From assembly GCA_964016885.1 (NCBI GenBank), contig OZ024740.1, positions 174,840,001 to 174,904,000 of the forward strand: a stretch of 64,000 nucleotides of DNA, given 5' to 3'. Shown one piece after another: positions 57,933-64,000 of this stretch. Made by a program: the position numbers and the translations under genes. Origin of the DNA: Eledone cirrhosa (Eukaryota). The number at the start of each line of letters is the position of its first letter. Position 1 is the first letter of the stretch. Below the pieces are notes generated by a model. The model was not told the DNA's origin and did no database searches. It saw only the letters and a list, made by a program, of their open reading frames with translations.

Positions 57933-60041
57933 CATCATCATCATCAGGTTTAGCGTCCGTGTTCCACGCTTGCATGGGTTTGGACGGGGGTTTTCCCACT
58001 TGAGGCAAGAGTGGTTGTCTTGCTCGCATAGGACTGTCTGGCGGGTTTTCTACAGTTGGATGCCCTTCCTAACACCAACCACATTTACAGTGTGGGGCTG
58101 GGAGGTTTTTACCGTGTTGCCTACACGGCCACATTACAGCGTGGACTGTCTGGCGGGTTTTCTACAGCTGGATGCCCTTCCTAACACCAACCACATTTAC
58201 AGTGTGGGGCTGGGAGGTTTTTACCGTGTTGCCTACACGGCCACATTTACAGCGTGGACTGTGTGTTTTTTGTCGTGACACCTACACGATCTCATTTGTT
58301 TCGGCCTGGATGTTGTGGGACCAACATAACTTTACATTGAAAGGGGCGGTGTGGGTGGGGTGGAGGTGGTGGGACGGGGGTGTGTTTTGATAGAGGTGCC
58401 TACTGACTGTAGTAGGTTTTTACTTTGTATTTAGGTAAGGCGGGTCTTCTCTATTACTGAGTACCGCCAAAGGTCTCGGTCCAGTGACATTGTCTTGGAG
58501 AGGTGTAAGCGTGTGAGGTCGGAATTTATCAGCTCGTCCCATGTTTTTCTGGGTCTGCCTACTCCGTGGCTACCGTCTATCTTTATTGCCCTGCACTTTG
58601 TTATACAGCTGTCGTCTTTCATGCGCATCACGTGACCGTACCAACGTAGCCTTCTCTCGAGTAAACAACATCTGATCCCTCTTATTTCTAATTTTTTCCT
58701 TAGTTCGTTTATGCTTTGCCGTTCACGTATATTACTATTGCACATCCAGCGGAGCATGCAAGCTTCGTTCCTCTCTAGTCTGCGTATATCCTCTGCACAC
58801 AATGCCCAGGTCTCACTGCCATGCAGCATTGCTGTTCGTATGCAGGCATCGTATAACCTGCCTTTCATTTTTAGGGAGAACCCTCTAGCGGCTAATAGTG
58901 GTATAAGCTCTCTGAACTTTTTCCATCCAGTTCTGACTCTAGCTACTGTACTTTCAGAGCACCCTCCCCCACTGCTGATTTTGTCACCCAGATAACGGAA
59001 GCTGTCCACTATTTCTATAGAACCCTCTGCGCAGTTGAAGGAGCTAGTATTTTGTGGGCACTTGCTGCTACTTATTGCACCAGAGCACCGGCCACATGTA
59101 AAATCTATGTTCTTAGTTAGCTTACCTGTGATCCCACTACATCTTTTATGCACCCATACTTTGCATTTGGGACATAAAATGGAGTTTCTACCTACGCCTT
59201 TCCTACACACTGAGCATGGCCATTTCCCCGATGGGACCGCCGCCTTATTTTCTTTCCTACAAACTAGAACTTTAGTCTTAGCCAGGTTAATTTTAAGGCC
59301 TTTTGATTCTAGGCCGTGCTTCCACGTTTGGAATTTCTTCTCTAGTTCGGTCATTGATTCAGCTATGAGCGTTAGATCATCTGCGTATAGGAGTTCCCAT
59401 GGGCAGCCGGTCTTGAACTCCTCTGTTATAGCCTGAAGGGCAATAATAAATAGTAGGGGGCTAAGTACAGAGCCCTGATGGACACCAACTTTTACGCTAA
59501 ACTCTTCACTATATTCGTTGTTAATTCTAACCTTACTGACTGTTTCTTTATACATGGCTTGTATAGCTCTCACAAGCCATTCGTCAACACCTAGTTTTCT
59601 AAGAGACCACCAGATAATGGAACGGGGGACTCTGTCGAAGGCTTTCTCCAAGTCGACAAAAGCTAAGTATAGGGGTTTACTTTTAGCTAGGTACTTCTCC
59701 TGTAGTTGTCGTACAATGAAAAGAGTGTCTGTGGTACTTTTGCCTGACACAAACCCGAACTGCATTTCATCTAGATCAATTCTCTCTCTGATTAGTTGCG
59801 CTATTACTTTTTCCGTGACCTTCATGACCTGGTCGATTAATTTAATGCCTCTATAGTTACTCCTATCTAGGGCATCTCCTTTTCCCTTATAGCAGTTAAC
59901 GATGATGCTGCTACGCCATTCCTTCGGAACAACCCCATTCTGTACGACTTGGTTAACTATCCGGGTGACCATGGTGTGTCCCACCGAACCAGATGCCTTC
60001 AGCATCTCAGCAACTATTTCCGAAGGCCCAGCCGCCTTAGC
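57933..60041 (-). mobile_element. Young 5'-truncated RTE-clade LINE (RT portion intact) with complete 3' UTR
   Basis: Uninterrupted ORF from KAAGPS (~60039) to stop at 58431; 3' UTR, terminal stem-loop and (GAT)n tail at 57933; no endonuclease part. Confidence 0.95.
58431..60005 (-). CDS. RTE LINE ORF fragment: reverse transcriptase with inserted PHD-type zinc finger (524 aa)
   Basis: NYRGIKL, QFGF, FVDLEKAFDRV, QGSVLSPLLF, YADD (59387-59376), C-x2-C...C-x2-C-x4-H-x2-C...C-x2-C, FRYLG, LHGSETW, RRLRWYGHV, GRPRKTW. Confidence 0.9.
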   Translation of the reverse strand: MLKASGSVGHTMVTRIVNQVVQNGVVPKEWRSSIIVNCYKGKGDALDRSNYRGIKLIDQVMKVTEKVIAQLIRERIDLDEMQFGFVSGKSTTDTLFIVRQLQEKYLAKSKPLYLAFVDLEKAFDRVPRSIIWWSLRKLGVDEWLVRAIQAMYKETVSKVRINNEYSEEFSVKVGVHQGSVLSPLLFIIALQAITEEFKTGCPWELLYADDLTLIAESMTELEKKFQTWKHGLESKGLKINLAKTKVLVCRKENKAAVPSGKWPCSVCRKGVGRNSILCPKCKVWVHKRCSGITGKLTKNIDFTCGRCSGAISSSKCPQNTSSFNCAEGSIEIVDSFRYLGDKISSGGGCSESTVARVRTGWKKFRELIPLLAARGFSLKMKGRLYDACIRTAMLHGSETWALCAEDIRRLERNEACMLRWMCNSNIRERQSINELRKKLEIRGIRCCLLERRLRWYGHVMRMKDDSCITKCRAIKIDGSHGVGRPRKTWDELINSDLTRLHLSKTMSLDRDLWRYSVIEKTRLT

Positions 60042-60845
60042 GGTGATGTGATATAGTGTATGGCTATAGGTGTTATGATATAACGGACACTAAGCTGAAA
60101 GAAGTGAATCTTAAAATAAGCTATACATTACTTATATATAAGAATATTTATGTTTAATCAACAGCTACGAAATTTAGTAGATAAATTACATAATATTCAT
60201 TAATGATTTATTCAAAGTAATTCAACGTGTTCAGAAAAAATATCTCTGACACAGTCCCGCACTCCTCCAATCATTATACAGAAGATTATGTTAGTTACTG
60301 GGTGCAGCAGCAGCAGCGTGACTTCGACCACAACTCATTGCTGTAAATTTTGAATTAAACAAATAATATATGTAGTACATCAATGCATATGCCAAAGAAG
60401 GTGAAAACTTTAAATTGGAAACAGCTTGTTCAATATCGGTTATAGAGAAAAACAACAAAACACTAACAGGAGCTAAGGTCATTATAAATATTTGAATACT
60501 TTTATAGTCAATATCACAAATATCAGAACTATCTCATATCCTTTACCAAACACCAACTGGGCGTTGCCTCATGGTCCCAGCCAACAGAATTGCGAATGCA
60601 TTATCGCAAAGGATGCCAAATTGAACCTTAAATACGAGAATTTAATTTCTCTAAGACATACTCACCGTCTATAGCGTTAAATAGGAACTGTTTAAACTTC
60701 TAAAACCATAGTTTAAATGAATTCATATTGATTTTACTAGTACATAACTAGTAATGTATGGACTCAATAAGTAATATTTGGTCTCTTCATCAGATTATAA
60801 CAAAGCTATATATGTGGATTGTGTGTACATACGTTTACAACGCAT

Positions 60846-61040
60846 CAGACCTGCCAACCTCTAAAAATCCAGACAGGGTGTACCATGAAAGACAGTGGCC
60901 CCAAACGGGAAGAAATGAGGCAAAATGGGGAGATTTTACATAATGAAAGCTATACCCATTTTCACAAGAGAAGACATCTCTCACCCACCCCAAAGTGAGT
61001 GGGAGGTTTCCCCATCGGACAGAGAGAGTTCATAGGTCTG
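60846..61040. mobile_element. Probable hAT-type MITE
   Basis: Imperfect TIRs cagacctgccaac / gttcataggtctg; no clear 8-bp TSD. Confidence 0.45.
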
Positions 61041-61459
61041 GAGCATGCTTAATCGCTTGTTTCTTTATATTTTGTCAATGTCATCAACCTTATATAGACA
61101 AAATAGATGGATGGAGAGAGAGAGAGAGATAGTGAACAAGAGAGGGGTAGAAAGATAGTCAGAGAGACAGAGTTAACACTGTTGGTTGACAGAAAATGTT
61201 GGTAGATGATATGAAGAAAAACATTTTAGAACAATTTTGTCAGGTTGTAGTTTTTGTGTGACAGACGTTCAGAAAATGCAGTACAAATATTATAATATAG
61301 ATTTATGGGTGTGTCCAGTGCTAAGATACACTATATGACACATGTGTACTAGCAATTATAAGTAAGTGATTTCTGCAGGAGAAAGACTTTCCTGATGATT
61401 TCTTACAAATGAAACAGTTCTAGTCCTGTAGAAGTCATATATATATATACATAGACCCA

Positions 61460-62605
61460 TCCAATTCTGGGACGGCTCGGTAAAAATGGTCGACAGCTTC
61501 TGCTACCTGGGTGACTGAATTAGCAATGGAAGTGGGTGTTCTGAAAGTACAGTAGCTAGAGTAAGAACGGGATGGAAAAAGTTCAGGGAGTTACTACCAC
61601 TGCTGGCTACAAAAGGTTTTTCCCTCAGAATGAAAGGCAAACTGTATGATGCGTACATTTGAACAGCAATGTTACATGGTAGAGAGACCTGAGCACTGTG
61701 TGCAGAAGACTTGCATAGACTGAAAAGAAATGAAGCTTGCATGCTCCGATGGATGTGTAATAGTAATATACGTGAACAGCATAAATGAACTAAGAGAGAA
61801 ACTAGGCATAAGACAAATCAAATGCTGTGTACAAGAAAGGAGATTATGTTGGTTTGAACATGTGATGCATATGAAGGATGACAGCTGCATAAAAAGGTGC
61901 AGGGCGCTCAAAGTCAATGGAAACTTTGAAGTGGGGAGACCCAGTAAGACTTGGGATGAAGTGATAAAAGCCAACCTTGCCCAATTCTCAAAGGTGATGA
62001 CACAGGACCAAGATCTCTGGCATTACGCGGTAATACAGAAGACCCAACTTCCCATGGGGACAGGCCCAATCTGTAGGATATATTCAGTATGCATCACCCT
62101 ACCCTACCCTCCCATATATCTCCTATGAGGACAGGCCGAAACACTGTAAAGTGGTTGTGATGGTGATACAGTAAGAAGCACCCAGCGCACACTGCAAAGT
62201 GGTCATGTAGGTGTCACAACAAAAAGCACCCAGTCCACACTGTAAAATGGTCGTGTAGGTATCACGACAAAAACCACCCAGTCCACACTGTAAAATGGTT
62301 GTGTAGGTATCACGACAAAAACCACCCAGTCCACACTGTAAAGTGGTCGTGTAGGTGTCATGACAAAAAGCACCCAGTCCACACTGTAAAGTGGTCATGT
62401 AGGTACCACAACAAAAAGCATCCAGTATTCACTGTAAATGAGGTTGGCATTAGGAAGGGCATCCGGCTGTAGAAACCAAGCCATAATCAGTTCTGTATGA
62501 ACAAGACCTAACACCTGATCAAACATAACCCACAACAGGGCAACTCATCTAACCCATACTAGAGTGGAAAAATGGACGTAAAACGGTGATGATGATGATG
62601 ATGAT
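61460..62605 (+). mobile_element. RTE 3' fragment with six-unit 48-bp stem-loop array
   Basis: VDSFCYLGD, RVRTGWKKFRELLP, GRPSKTWDE; array 62141-62428; (GAT)n tail ~62588-62605. Confidence 0.92.
62141..62428 (+). repeat. Tandem array, 6 x 48 bp
   Basis: acactg unit starts at 62141, 62189, 62237, 62285, 62333, 62381 (next at 62429). Confidence 0.95.
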
Positions 62606-62798
62606 ACATGGCACGCTTCCACTCAGTTTTCATCTATGACATTTCACTAACAAGGCATTGGTCAACTCAACGTTATAGAAGACACTTGCTCAAAATGCCA
62701 TGAAGTGGGACTGAACTGCATGATAAGCGAATATATATAACTCCTGATGACTCTGGAGTTCTGTGTCTTTCGTTTGTATTTCTATTTTCTCTCTCTCT

Positions 62799-64000
62799 CT
62801 TCTTCTTCATCCACTTATTCCTGAGAGGGTCTTGGGAGCAAAGTCCTCAAACACTCCCTCCAGCAGGTTGTGTCTCCAACTGAGCCAACAGGATCTCCAA
62901 GTGTAACTAGACAAGCTCAATTCTCTCAATTCGGAGAAGCAGTGGCTCTACCTGGAGTGACTCTCTGATATCCGAGCTACGCACTTTATCAAGTAACATT
63001 TCTCCAAAGTCCTTTCGGAGGAATCCCATTTCAGCTGCTTGTATTCGCGATCGTATTCTTTCAGTCATTACCCAAGATTCATGACCATAGGTAAGGGTTG
63101 GCACAAAAACCAAACTGAAAATAGTGAGTTTGGCTTTGACGCCAACTTCCCTTCTTCTGATTACTGAAGCTGGCACATTAATGCACCAGCTTTTACAATT
63201 CTTGCACTTAATTTAGCCTCTTGCCTTCTGTCACTCATGAACACAGCCCAGAGATACTTGAACTTCTCTACCTGCTTCATGTAACGTGCACTGCACAGGC
63301 TTCCTTGAGAGGATGAGTGTCTCAGTTTTGGCAGCACTGATTTTTATTCCAGCCATGCAGCACTCGGCATCAAACCTATCAATTGCAAGTCAGAGATCAT
63401 CATCTGTCAAGTTAAGTAACACAATGTCATCTGCAAATTCCAGCAGACTGATTTTATACCCACCAGTCATGATACTATTTCCAACCTGGCTGCGCATATC
63501 AATCCTGTTCATGTAAATAATAAACAGGAGAGGTGACAGTATGCACCCTTGACAGAGTCCAACTCCCACATTGAATGGTTTCGATTTAGCACCATTTATC
63601 CGAACACAAATATTCGAGCATTCATATAGACACCGGACACCAGGGCAGCAATCAATCTCATACTCCTCCACAGCCTTCCACAGCAGGTCCTGAAGAACAT
63701 GGTCATATGCCTTCTCAAGGTCGGCAAAACAAGAATATACTTTTTGACTATACTCCCACAATTTCTCGCATACCTGCGGCAGTGTAGATATTTGGTTGGC
63801 TGTGCTGCATCCAGGGCGAAAACCATACTGTTCATCAGCTAGCTTGGACTTGACAATCTGCCGGCATCTCTTTGACAGACACTTAGCATAGACTTTACCA
63901 GGGAGGCTTAACAAGGAGATTCCTTTGTAATTGGAACAATCTCTCTTATCTCCTTTTTTGAAAATTGGGATTATCTTTCCTGATTGCCATTGCTTAGGTG
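62799..64000 (-). mobile_element. Rex3/Expander-like RTE LINE relic (runs off window end)
   Basis: LSLPGKVYAK, EQYGFRPG, DLEKAYD, QGCILSPLLF, FADD, TYGHESWVMTERIRSRIQAAEMGFLR; (GAA)n-type tail near 62799; no PHD insert. Confidence 0.9.

Noticed and set aside
58711-59856. Plus-strand ORFs of 94-133 aa
   Set aside because: Antisense shadows of the RTE RT ORF
62141-62428. CRISPR-like regularly spaced palindromic repeats
   Set aside because: Units are contiguous tandem copies with no unique spacers, no cas genes, eukaryotic context, and they lie inside a LINE 3' UTR
62739-62760. CTGATGA within a small hairpin
   Set aside because: No downstream GAAA or cleavage triplet in a compatible geometry

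Overview
AT-rich, microsatellite-rich animal genomic DNA, most likely an octopod cephalopod (inferred from the Na/K-pump sequence and the SINE/RTE repertoire). It holds two convergent, intron-containing genes. On the + strand are the last 17 coding exons of a Na+/K+-ATPase alpha subunit (429-10083; 5' exons lie upstream of the window), followed by an apparently TE-free, U-rich ~5.7 kb 3' region. On the - strand is a PRA1/RABAC1 gene (4 coding exons, 52311-41566; first exon not located). The ~25 kb between them and the PRA1 introns are packed with mobile DNA: many RTE-clade LINE fragments (one with an uninterrupted 524-aa RT ORF that carries an inserted PHD finger), a decayed Penelope-like (Naiad-like) retroelement, a mariner relic, TTAA-flanked piggyBac-type MITEs, Helitron-like pieces and tRNA-derived SINEs. 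Three signals stand out. (1) Several unrelated palindromic or inverted-repeat mini-elements next to the Penelope-like RT each carry a hammerhead-ribozyme-like core. (2) RTE 3' UTRs contain copy-number-variable arrays of a 48-nt stem-loop that shows covariation. (3) The pump gene has editable A-containing codons at positions reported to be recoded by RNA editing in squid. All assignments are by eye, and TE boundaries are approximate.
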